From: Solobacterium sp.
GTDB lineage: Bacteria; Bacillota_I; Bacilli_A; Erysipelotrichales; Erysipelotrichaceae
Length of the DNA: 64,000 bases
Direction: 5' to 3'
Assembly: GCA_017433125.1 (NCBI GenBank)
Contig: JAFRHT010000116.1
Coordinates: forward strand, 18,398-82,397
The translations under genes were made by a program, and so were the position numbers. Below the pieces are notes generated by a model. The model did no database searches and had not been told where the DNA came from. It saw only the letters and a list, made by a program, of their open reading frames with translations. The stretch's first letter is position 1; every line of letters begins with the position of its first letter. Positions 10,577-19,216 of this stretch are shown piece by piece.

Positions 10577-11137
10577 TTATTTCAGTTCTTCGATATTTAG
10601 TTTTCTGTCCTGTGTTACCTTTGATGAATCCGGGATATTACCCTTCACTATACACCCGGCGCCAATCACACAATTGTCACCAATCGTGGTACCTCTTAAG
10701 ATAACCGCATTTGCACCGATCCAGCAATTATTGCCAATTGTAATCGGTGCGCTAACAACATTTGTGCTCACACCATCGCGGCTGTATTCATGATCGTTGT
10801 CAATCACCATGACATTTGGCCCGAACAGGCAGTGGTCTCCGATGGTAATGCTCTCATGGCTGCTCAGCATGCAGCCTTCGTTGAAATATACGCTGTCACC
10901 TATAGTTAACTTCGCATTTTCTCCGACAAATATAGTAAGCCGTCCGTCACTGTTAACCTTCCTGCCAAAATGCACATTACTGGAACGCTGCACGCTGATT
11001 TTTGTGTTCCAGCCAAACAGTTGGATTCCATCTGTCGCGAAAGATGAACACTTGAACTTACGAAGCCATTGCATCTTTGCTGTGTTGTACATCACTCTGA
11101 AATATGGCTTCATCTTCCTAATCCTTTCTGAAAACAT
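10577..11137 (-). CDS. Hexapeptide-repeat (LbH) acetyltransferase
   Basis: 186 aa. IGNNCWIGANAVILRGTTIGDNCVIGAGCIVKGNIP. The start could instead be the ATG at 11113 (Met-9). Confidence 0.8.
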   Translation of the reverse strand: MFSERIRKMKPYFRVMYNTAKMQWLRKFKCSSFATDGIQLFGWNTKISVQRSSNVHFGRKVNSDGRLTIFVGENAKLTIGDSVYFNEGCMLSSHESITIGDHCLFGPNVMVIDNDHEYSRDGVSTNVVSAPITIGNNCWIGANAVILRGTTIGDNCVIGAGCIVKGNIPDSSKVTQDRKLNIEELK

Positions 11138-11810
11138 CTTTTCCGAATATCCTGTGTATCGGTTTTGTGAGTGTGCTTCTCAATATAGTGCTCTTGCTCA
11201 TCCAGCTCTTTGCATACCAGTGAATTGAGTAAGTGTTGTCTGTAATATTCAGCCTTCCTGTCGGGTCATCATATGGGTTGAAATACTCAACCGGATACAC
11301 TTTATTACCGTCTAAATCCTGTGCCTCTTCGTTCAATATAAGACCCGCCTTTACCAGAGCATTTGTATTCAGTATTGGGCATCCCACAAATGCACTTTCT
11401 TTATCCAGCAACTCCGTATATTCTTCCTGCATGAGTTTAACAATGTTGTTCTCCGGTTCTGCGCCAAAGCCCAGTCCGGTATTAACATGTTTACTGTCTT
11501 CAAAGCCAAAATATGATTTATTGACCAGCAGGTTATCGATCGGCTTGAGAAGTTCCACATCTGTATCAAAGTAGATGCCGCCATGTTCATAAACAATCAG
11601 CAACCTGGCATAATCTGTCAGGAAAGCATACTTCTTTTCTTCATACGCTGACTGTGTGTAGGCATTCATGCCAATATCAAAGTTATCTTCATTCCACTCA
11701 ATGATCTCATAGTCCGGACAGTACTTCCTCCAGCTGGCTATGCACTTCTCTGCCAGCTTCGGTTTCGGGTTCCTTCCGAACCAGCAATAATGTATCTTCT
11801 TGGGAATCAT
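11118..11810 (-). CDS. GT32-like glycosyltransferase (sugar-binding DXD region; capsular polysaccharide synthesis protein type)
   Basis: 230 aa. IPKKIHYCWFGRNPKP, YAFLTDYARLLIVYEHGGIYFDTDVELLKP. Confidence 0.7.
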   Translation of the reverse strand: MIPKKIHYCWFGRNPKPKLAEKCIASWRKYCPDYEIIEWNEDNFDIGMNAYTQSAYEEKKYAFLTDYARLLIVYEHGGIYFDTDVELLKPIDNLLVNKSYFGFEDSKHVNTGLGFGAEPENNIVKLMQEEYTELLDKESAFVGCPILNTNALVKAGLILNEEAQDLDGNKVYPVEYFNPYDDPTGRLNITDNTYSIHWYAKSWMSKSTILRSTLTKPIHRIFGKDVFRKD

Positions 11811-12691
11811 ACAGTACCTGCTTTCTTCCTGATGTACGCAGTCAGTACATGTCCTATCGGTGTGCAGAGCACGGTAAGCAGAGGATACGGTGAATCTTTC
11901 ACATATCCCTTGATATGTCCAATCTGCGCACTGGAACAGTAATGAATGCAGTCCATGATCCTTCTCTTCATGGTAGTATCATACTTCATTCTGACAGTTC
12001 TCCAGAAGGCAAAACCCCTGGGATTACGCAGATACTGCTTATACATACTGTTGCTGGATCCGTCCGGTTGGTATTCTACATTACATACCACTTCATCCAG
12101 TACAGCCATCTTGTAGTCCTGGTCAATCAGCAAGTACTTGTAGGATAAGCTTACATACTTCTCCCCTTCAAACTCGGGATACTCCGGATACGCATTGATG
12201 ATGTCCGTACGGTAAATCAGCTTTTTGTCCCCGCTGCCGCCGGCATCGTAATATCCGGAAACTGTTGTTTTTCCCAGGCCTTCCGGAAAACCTTTCCCGA
12301 TCACCTTCCCGGTGTTCATATCCGCATCCAGCGCTATGATCCCGGCATAGCCTTTATCTTGGACGGACTGCCACTTCTCCAGAATCTTTCTGGCTGCCCC
12401 TTCAGCCAGTTCATCATCAGAATCGATGCATGTATTCAGCAGCGTATCGATGTAACGGTATGCTGTATTGTGTGCACTGTGCATACCACCATTTTCCTTG
12501 TACACATAGCGAATTTCAAAGTCTTTTTCTTCTTCCATCCACTTGTTCACCAGTTCTCTGGTATTGTCCGTTGAACCATCATCCACAACCAGCCAGACAA
12601 AGTCTTTGCAATCCTGTTTCTTCAGGCTTTCATACGTTCTGCCAAGTGTATGTGCACGATTAAAAGCAGGTGTAAAGATTGTGAGAATCAT
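11807..12691 (-). CDS. Family 2 glycosyltransferase
   Basis: MILTIFTPAFNRAHTLGRTYESLKKQDCKDFVWLVVDDGSTDNT and IDSDD. I prefer the ATG at 12691 (Met-25 of the ORF-track protein), which lies 4 nt after the upstream stop. Confidence 0.8.
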   Translation of the reverse strand: MILTIFTPAFNRAHTLGRTYESLKKQDCKDFVWLVVDDGSTDNTRELVNKWMEEEKDFEIRYVYKENGGMHSAHNTAYRYIDTLLNTCIDSDDELAEGAARKILEKWQSVQDKGYAGIIALDADMNTGKVIGKGFPEGLGKTTVSGYYDAGGSGDKKLIYRTDIINAYPEYPEFEGEKYVSLSYKYLLIDQDYKMAVLDEVVCNVEYQPDGSSNSMYKQYLRNPRGFAFWRTVRMKYDTTMKRRIMDCIHYCSSAQIGHIKGYVKDSPYPLLTVLCTPIGHVLTAYIRKKAGTV

Positions 12692-12695
12692 CTTT

Positions 12696-13811
12696 TCATC
12701 TTGCTTTTTCAAGATAGAACTCCTCCAGCCACTTCGCGCTTTTTTCGATATCGAAGCCAACACCTTTCACTTTATCTGCACAGGCAATTCGATCTTCACA
12801 CCTGCAGTTTATCGCTGTCTCAGCCCACTCTGCCGCAGTATCGTTCAATGAACGAACCTTTACCAGTTCTGGAATCAATATACTGTCAGAAGGCACTTTA
12901 TCCGATATGACACATGGCAGACCGGTGCATTGTGCTTCCACCAACGAAACCGGAAGTCCTTCATACAGAGACGGGAATACCAGTATGTCCATGGCCATCA
13001 TCAATTCATTCACATCAGACCGCATGCCGGTCAGAATCACTTTTTCTTCCAACCCAAGAACAGCTATTTTTTCTTCAATCGCATGGCGGAGTGCCCCATC
13101 TCCGACAATAAGCAACCGAGAAGAAGAATGTACATTGATAATCTCCTTGAAAATGTCCAGCAGGAATGAATGATTCTTCGCATCAATAAACCTGCCGACA
13201 TGCCCGATTACAAACACATCATCACTGATTGCCAATTCGTGTCGCTTTTCTGTGGCTATGTCCCTATCGTAACGGAACACTTCTGTATCAATTGCATTCG
13301 GCACCAGAAATGCTCGGCCCGGATCAGAAATTGCCTGTTCACCATAGCGGCTGATACCTGCCTGGCGGGAGCACATAAACAGATAATCCGCAATATTCCG
13401 GGTTGGATACGACAGAATGTCATAAAAGAACTGTTTCATATCCTTCATGCCTGCACTATGGCTGTGGGCAATTGTCACAATCCCATGTTTCCCAGCTTCT
13501 TCCAGGTAGAATGCTGCCGTACTGCCGATATGCCCATGCACAACCGAGCATTCATTGTGCGTATCAAAAAAGTGTTTCCACCACTTTTTATATGCTGAAT
13601 AATTCTTCCCGGTAAACCGTGGGCAATGATAAATCTGCCCACCCAAGCTGCGGATTTCATCATCAAAATACGCGCCGTCATTTTCGTTTTCAACAAAGTC
13701 AAACTGAACCTTGTCTCGGTCGATATGCCGGTACAGATTCATGATCATTGTTTCTGCACCGCCGCGATCCATGATGCCGATTACATGTAACACTCGAATC
13801 GGCTTATTCAT
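12696..13811 (-). CDS. Family 4 glycosyltransferase
   Basis: MNKPIRVLHVIGIMDRGGAETMIMNL and FPSLYEGLPVSLVEAQCTGLPCVISD. The start ATG at 13811 overlaps the LicD stop (ATGAATAA). Confidence 0.85.
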   Translation of the reverse strand: MNKPIRVLHVIGIMDRGGAETMIMNLYRHIDRDKVQFDFVENENDGAYFDDEIRSLGGQIYHCPRFTGKNYSAYKKWWKHFFDTHNECSVVHGHIGSTAAFYLEEAGKHGIVTIAHSHSAGMKDMKQFFYDILSYPTRNIADYLFMCSRQAGISRYGEQAISDPGRAFLVPNAIDTEVFRYDRDIATEKRHELAISDDVFVIGHVGRFIDAKNHSFLLDIFKEIINVHSSSRLLIVGDGALRHAIEEKIAVLGLEEKVILTGMRSDVNELMMAMDILVFPSLYEGLPVSLVEAQCTGLPCVISDKVPSDSILIPELVKVRSLNDTAAEWAETAINCRCEDRIACADKVKGVGFDIEKSAKWLEEFYLEKAR

Positions 13812-14646
13812 GATCTGATTCCTCATAATTATGCTCAAAATCGATTTGCAGATGAGGGTGAATCCAAACACGTTCATTTTCAGGAGGCAATTGCATGTAA
13901 TCTCCATATTGACATGTCAGACATTCATCCCATTTTGCAAAACATTCATATTCTTTATTTTCAAACTCCAGCCTTATGTATTGATCCAAAAGATCTGCAG
14001 GCATTACCAACCGGACCATTTTCAAAGTTTCTATACTGACTGTATTCCATTTGCCGTGTTGATTATAGTTTCTGAGTTTATCCTCAAATCTTTTTCTATA
14101 GTTGATTTTATGATTTGCAGAGGTCCCTTTTAAATAAATGCCCGAGATTACCTTAACAATCGCAGATGCTTTTAATGGAATAAACTCCCTTGTATACAAC
14201 TGATACCTCATACAGTCCCAAAAGAACTTTTTCCTTTCAAATGAACCTGTTGGAATCCGATCAATCGGGAATATATCCACAAATATCCCCGTATGATATC
14301 TGCCTTTCTCCCAATCGAACTGCAAAAAAGTAGTATGGTCTTTCCTGATCTTTGTAAAAGACTGGGTAAAGGATGGCGTGTTGTCCTTGTTCTGCAGAAT
14401 GTATCCCGGATGATCTTCTTTGTTCCAGGTTTCAATAAAACGCTCATAATTCTCCCTGGACATGCATATATCCAGATCATCGTCCCAGGGTATATAGCCG
14501 TGATGACGGACCGCACCTAAAAGACTGCCTCCATAAAGTGAATAGTGAATACTATTCTTTCTGCATATTTCATCAATAATATCCAAGATTTCTAATTGGA
14601 CTGCCCAAAGGCGCTTCAATTCATCATTCACAGAACCCTGACTCAT
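13804..14646 (-). CDS. LicD-family phosphotransferase (phosphocholine / polyol-phosphate transferase type)
   Basis: 280 aa. LWAVQLEILDIIDEICRKNSIHYSLYGGSLLGAVRHHGYIPWDDDLDICM is the LicD signature. Confidence 0.8.
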   Translation of the reverse strand: MSQGSVNDELKRLWAVQLEILDIIDEICRKNSIHYSLYGGSLLGAVRHHGYIPWDDDLDICMSRENYERFIETWNKEDHPGYILQNKDNTPSFTQSFTKIRKDHTTFLQFDWEKGRYHTGIFVDIFPIDRIPTGSFERKKFFWDCMRYQLYTREFIPLKASAIVKVISGIYLKGTSANHKINYRKRFEDKLRNYNQHGKWNTVSIETLKMVRLVMPADLLDQYIRLEFENKEYECFAKWDECLTCQYGDYMQLPPENERVWIHPHLQIDFEHNYEESDHE

Positions 14647-14681
14647 TTTTTGTTGTGCTCATCCTTACATAATTACAATAC

Positions 14682-15788
14682 TCAAAAGTAACCCCATGCC
14701 AAGAACTGATAAAAATAAAACCCTAAATAAAATAGTATCATACAGAGTTTAATAATCTGTGTTGACTCTTTATTAAACATGTGTTCAACTTCCCATGGCA
14801 ATAGTATTCCTTGGGAGTATAGACTCGCATAAATCGGGAGTCTTCCAATAAAAATCCCTGAAGTAACCATACTGACCAGATATAGTCCTGCTGCGATAAT
14901 TGACATATTAGTCGCAAAGTTGATAACTATATCATTCTCTTGCCGGATATATTTCAAACCGATCAATGACAATATTGCAGGGATAGAATATACAAGTACC
15001 CGCAGTGGATTTGTCCCATCATCTCCCCATTCCCGCCAATCGGTAACGACATTTGTGTACTGTGTTTCTTCCAGTGCCTCATCCAGAAAATTTGTAAATT
15101 GTTCTACATATACAATTGCCAACACTGTCAAAAAAATGAACAAAAGAGTCCGTGCATTCCACGGTTTGCCCTGAACAATAAATATCATCGGAATAACCAG
15201 CAGAGCAGACTGATGAAATCGTGATGCAATTAATACGGTTATAACTGCCGGTATATACTTTTTCTCCATAATCCAACCCGCAGCCAACAGACAAATAGAT
15301 ACTGCAACAAACTGTCTGGCACCATTCTGCATCCAGGAAATATAATCTGTAGAAGTAACAAACAGAAAAATGGCCATGACAAACGAAGGTGAATACTTTT
15401 TATACAGTTTTAACAGCCCAAATGCTTGAATCATAGCAATAATCAAAAAATAAATTCTGTAATCACTGCCAAAAATACACTTGATGATACATGCCATCAC
15501 ATAATATGCTTTGTCCTTTTTCTGGGCAGCATAGTAAGCTGGAATTGCCGAAAAATCGGAAGGCATTCCATTGTACGTTCCAATCATCACCCCTGTATCA
15601 CCAATACCGCTTTTCCGTAACATCGCCATGATGAGAAGTGGAAAAAACACCAAAATTGTGAACCACAACTTAGTTACTTTCCGATCACGACCTAAAAACC
15701 ACTTTGTTTCCGTTGTTTCAACAAAGCGGGAAAAAACTGCCATCAAACAAAACCATAACAATATCAAAAAATATGGGGAACGGATCAT
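14682..15788 (-). CDS. EpsG-family / Wzy-like polysaccharide polymerase (polytopic membrane protein)
   Basis: About 368 aa, hydrophobic throughout with many predicted TM segments. Size and position match EpsG/O-antigen polymerase-type proteins. ATG 15788 is preceded by GGGAGG; the ORF-track start at 15800 is a GTG inside that SD. Confidence 0.6.
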   Translation of the reverse strand: MIRSPYFLILLWFCLMAVFSRFVETTETKWFLGRDRKVTKLWFTILVFFPLLIMAMLRKSGIGDTGVMIGTYNGMPSDFSAIPAYYAAQKKDKAYYVMACIIKCIFGSDYRIYFLIIAMIQAFGLLKLYKKYSPSFVMAIFLFVTSTDYISWMQNGARQFVAVSICLLAAGWIMEKKYIPAVITVLIASRFHQSALLVIPMIFIVQGKPWNARTLLFIFLTVLAIVYVEQFTNFLDEALEETQYTNVVTDWREWGDDGTNPLRVLVYSIPAILSLIGLKYIRQENDIVINFATNMSIIAAGLYLVSMVTSGIFIGRLPIYASLYSQGILLPWEVEHMFNKESTQIIKLCMILFYLGFYFYQFLAWGYF

Positions 15789-16070
15789 ATATCCTCCCAC
15801 AAAAGAGTGATATTCTTTTTCATCATCTCACTTGTTGATTTCATCAAATATGTTTTTTTCATATGTAACAGTTCAGTATTTCTTTGCAATCTTATTATAC
15901 TGGTTATACCTATGCACTGTTCAGAATCATTTGTTTATCTGCGTACATGTTATCAATCATATTTTATATAGACAATGGCATAGACGCTTTATAAATTACG
16001 CAGTATGTCTTCATATGAGAAATAATGTAAGTAACATGTTATAGTTTGCAAAAAATACAGGAGAATACTT

Positions 16071-16170
16071 TTGAACACAAAGGAAACATTGATCTTAGTT
16101 ATCGTTCCCGTTTATACCCGGTAGAATACTATAATTCGATACTTGGATATGGAGATGTCATTTTGACATA
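16071..16170 (+). pseudogene. Possible relic of a GT2 gene 5' end
   Basis: AGGAGA at 16060-16065, then TTG 16071 encoding LNTKETLILVIVPVYTR-stop (stop 16122-16124). An adjacent frame continues YPVEYYNSILG. Together these resemble the GT2 start (IVPVYN-x-E-x-Y-L-x-x-x-L-x-SIL), broken by a frameshift or stop. Confidence 0.3.
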
Positions 16171-16415
16171 TAAATATTCTGGCTTTGGTTTCGGTTTATC
16201 CTATGAATATTTTGATCTGCTGCAGTTTGTTGTTTCTTTAAGAAGAAATCACAGTAAATAATACATGATGGACTTTGAAGAACTTCCATACTTTTTGAAA
16301 GAGGAGCAAGTTGTGAATCGCACTAAAGCATCGATTGTGTTTCTTTCGGATCGACACAGCAGTGCAATATCAGATTCATATATATGTTACAATCGTTGAA
16401 AGAGGAAGAGGGATT

Positions 16416-17477
16416 ATGAAAACCAGTGTCGTAATGGCAACGTATAACGGCTCGCGTTTCATCTATGAACAGCTTGATAGCATCATCAATCAGACTGTTC
16501 TCCCAGATGAAATTATAATCAGCGACGATGGATCCACCGACTCTACGATAGAACTCATCCAGTCAATTTTTGAACAGCATTCAGATCTTCCAATTCAATT
16601 CCAACTGGTTCTGAATGATTCAAACAATCATGGAGTAGTTGGTAATTTTCAAAATGCTGTCGATCATTCAAGTGGTGAATATGTATTTTTTAGTGACCAG
16701 GACGATATATGGCTTCCAAATAAAATCGAGCGTTTAGTAGACATTTTAGACTCTTGTGACGAGCAGGTTGTAATTCACGATGCACAAATTCTCAAAGAAG
16801 CCGATGATGGATCTTTTCATAAGATTGATAAACATCTACTAAAGAATTATTCTTTCAATTCAGACGGATTGTATAAGTTTGACGGTCCAGCACAAGCGTG
16901 TTTAGCGTTTTATTGTGGCTGTATTACAGCCGGTATGTGCAGCTGTATAAAACGAGATTATCTGCTATCCATTTCACCTTTTTCAAAAGCGTCATGTCAT
17001 GACGATTGGATTCAGTTTTGTGCTTTGGCGGATGATACTCTGCTTGCCGTAAAAGATATTCTGGCACTTTATCGCATCCACGACAATAATACTTGTGGAA
17101 TTCCGGAGTTCAAAAAGAAACGATCGTTATTTCAGAGGATAGTATCTTTTGATGATAAAGGAAAAGAGAGTATTCGAAAGCAGTATCTCTGGTATGCAGA
17201 TACTTCTTCGTATTTTAAAAAAACAGATTATTTGGATGACAGAGTTAAACTTCTGATTTCTTTTTTTGGCGACAGCAGAGTTACAGCAATATCAAAAGGC
17301 AAAATAAGCGCAATATGTGATTTAGTAAAGGCATACCATGAAGGCGCATACGAAATTGACAGATTTATTGTTTTTTTACACGATATCGCTTTTGTATTAT
17401 TGCATTCACGTAAAACTCGAATGCAGTTTGTTGAGGATTTTCAAAGTCAAACCAGACCGCAAAACAGATTAAAATAG
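16416..17477 (+). CDS. Family 2 glycosyltransferase (rhamnosyltransferase-like)
   Basis: MKTSVVMATYNGSRFIYEQLDSIINQTVLPDEIIISDDGSTDST and FSDQDD. ATG 16416 is preceded by GAGGAAGAGGG. It is the only plus-strand gene in the island. Confidence 0.8.
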   Translation: MKTSVVMATYNGSRFIYEQLDSIINQTVLPDEIIISDDGSTDSTIELIQSIFEQHSDLPIQFQLVLNDSNNHGVVGNFQNAVDHSSGEYVFFSDQDDIWLPNKIERLVDILDSCDEQVVIHDAQILKEADDGSFHKIDKHLLKNYSFNSDGLYKFDGPAQACLAFYCGCITAGMCSCIKRDYLLSISPFSKASCHDDWIQFCALADDTLLAVKDILALYRIHDNNTCGIPEFKKKRSLFQRIVSFDDKGKESIRKQYLWYADTSSYFKKTDYLDDRVKLLISFFGDSRVTAISKGKISAICDLVKAYHEGAYEIDRFIVFLHDIAFVLLHSRKTRMQFVEDFQSQTRPQNRLK

Positions 17478-17500
17478 TACCTGAATATGTTTTATCAATA

Positions 17501-18544
17501 TTACAGAATTGCATTCCAATATTTCAGGATATTATCTATGTGATATTGTTTTGCGCATTCTTTGGCTTCTGTTCCCATATTTCGAACTAATGAAGGATTG
17601 GACATAAGGCGCTCCATCTTTTCGGAAAAATCATTACAATCATTTCGATCAACATATATTACAGTATCATACCCTCTTGTCATGAATTTAAGCGAGGGCA
17701 ATTGTGTAGAAATAATTGGCAATCCACATTCCATTGCTTCCAAAGCAACCAAAGGAAACGCTTCAAATTGACTCGATATCACAAGGAACGATGAATCCAA
17801 CATCAGCTCTTTGATATCTTTTCTTGGGCCTAATAGTTCTATATTTTTATACTCCTGTGCTTTTTGTGCCAAAAAATCAAATTGTGTACCACCACCGACA
17901 ATACGAAGTTTCCAGTCGGGAAATTTATCTTCTATGTTTCCAAAAGCTTTGACTAACAGATCATAGCGTTTTATCTCTTCTACACGGCCTACCGCGATAA
18001 TGTTATGAGGATACGAATTTGATTCATGAACAATAAATGATACCGGGTTGGGAATTACCATGATATTTCGTATGAATCTGCTTCGATAATAATCTGCGAT
18101 TTCATCAGTCAGCACCACAAAGCAATCTGTCTTTCTATATACAAACAAGTTCAGTAATCTGCGTTTCCGTGTATATGCTCCGGGATAATTGTGTTCTGTA
18201 GCGATCCATCGAATAGGTTTTATTTTTCTAATAATCCGGGCGACAACAAGAGCTATTCCTGAATGAAAAGTAACCAGATCATCAAATGGGTTGTTGTGAA
18301 AAAAGCGAATCAGATAATCATCCACATGTTGATTAAGAGGAAGATTTGCATGTATGCACGATGTTTTATTTGAAATGGCAAAGTAGCTGTGATCGCTAGG
18401 ATTTGAATACAAAGATAGAATTGTTAAACTGACTTCATTCATTTGCAAAAAGCCATAGCTCAAAAGAGAAATCAAACGCTCAATGCCGCCTACCTGATTG
18501 ATATTGTTTGTCAGAAAACATACTTTTTTCATAATTTCCTCCAT
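17501..18544 (-). CDS. Family 4 glycosyltransferase
   Basis: 347 aa. KKVCFLTNNINQVGGIERLISLL and ISSQFEAFPLVALEAMECGLPIISTQ. Confidence 0.8.
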   Translation of the reverse strand: MEEIMKKVCFLTNNINQVGGIERLISLLSYGFLQMNEVSLTILSLYSNPSDHSYFAISNKTSCIHANLPLNQHVDDYLIRFFHNNPFDDLVTFHSGIALVVARIIRKIKPIRWIATEHNYPGAYTRKRRLLNLFVYRKTDCFVVLTDEIADYYRSRFIRNIMVIPNPVSFIVHESNSYPHNIIAVGRVEEIKRYDLLVKAFGNIEDKFPDWKLRIVGGGTQFDFLAQKAQEYKNIELLGPRKDIKELMLDSSFLVISSQFEAFPLVALEAMECGLPIISTQLPSLKFMTRGYDTVIYVDRNDCNDFSEKMERLMSNPSLVRNMGTEAKECAKQYHIDNILKYWNAIL

Positions 18545-19216
18545 TAGGGGCTGCGTTCCTTACAAAGTGGGGTAAAACCCTTGTTTCTGTTGTTCCCGTG
18601 TTATCCCGTAATTGAAGACACGATCTGTTCAGAGCGTCAGGAGAGTAATAGGCGGTCAGTAAATAGCAGCCAGAAAAACACCATTTTTTCAATCACAGGC
18701 ATCAGAATATTCATAAGCAAATCAGAAGGTCTAACACATTCCTAAAAAGCATCAGAATCGATTACCTTACTAATTATAACGTAGCTTCTTTATCTTGGAG
18801 ACAGACCTATCCTGAACGTCATAATATTTCACAGAGAAAAGAATATCTGCAATTGCCCAGAACAAAATCCAGGCAACACGCTTGCTTGTGGATGCCCATA
18901 TAATGGACGTTTACTCTATTTACTGCAAGATCGTTTTTTCGTATTAATGCATACTAAAACAGATTGAAGTTACTTTCCAGAAGGTAATATAAGCACCGAA
19001 AGCATCAACAGGACTCGCTCAATGAACTTCCTTTTTTGGTGTTATCGCCTAAACTGAGCAAAATTTATATTATTTATTTCATATTCTTTTTTTCTTTCTG
19101 TATCATTTTTTCGCTATTATTTTTTTGAAAATTACTATGATTATCTGACAATAATGCTCCGCCATCGACATAACCTTGTGCAATATCTTGTATAATTTGC
19201 GATATAGGAGCAAATA

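Noticed and set aside
15832-16261. Two small plus-strand ORFs (70 and 71 aa) in the EpsG/GT2 spacer as genes
   Set aside because: No SD, low-complexity AT-rich translation. The second merely spans the frameshifted GT2 relic. They were kept only as a possible pseudogene fragment.
18480-18692. 70-aa minus-strand ORF overlapping the 5' end of the GT4 gene
   Set aside because: It overlaps the GT4 start in another frame, with no motif and no SD. It is probably untranslated leader sequence.
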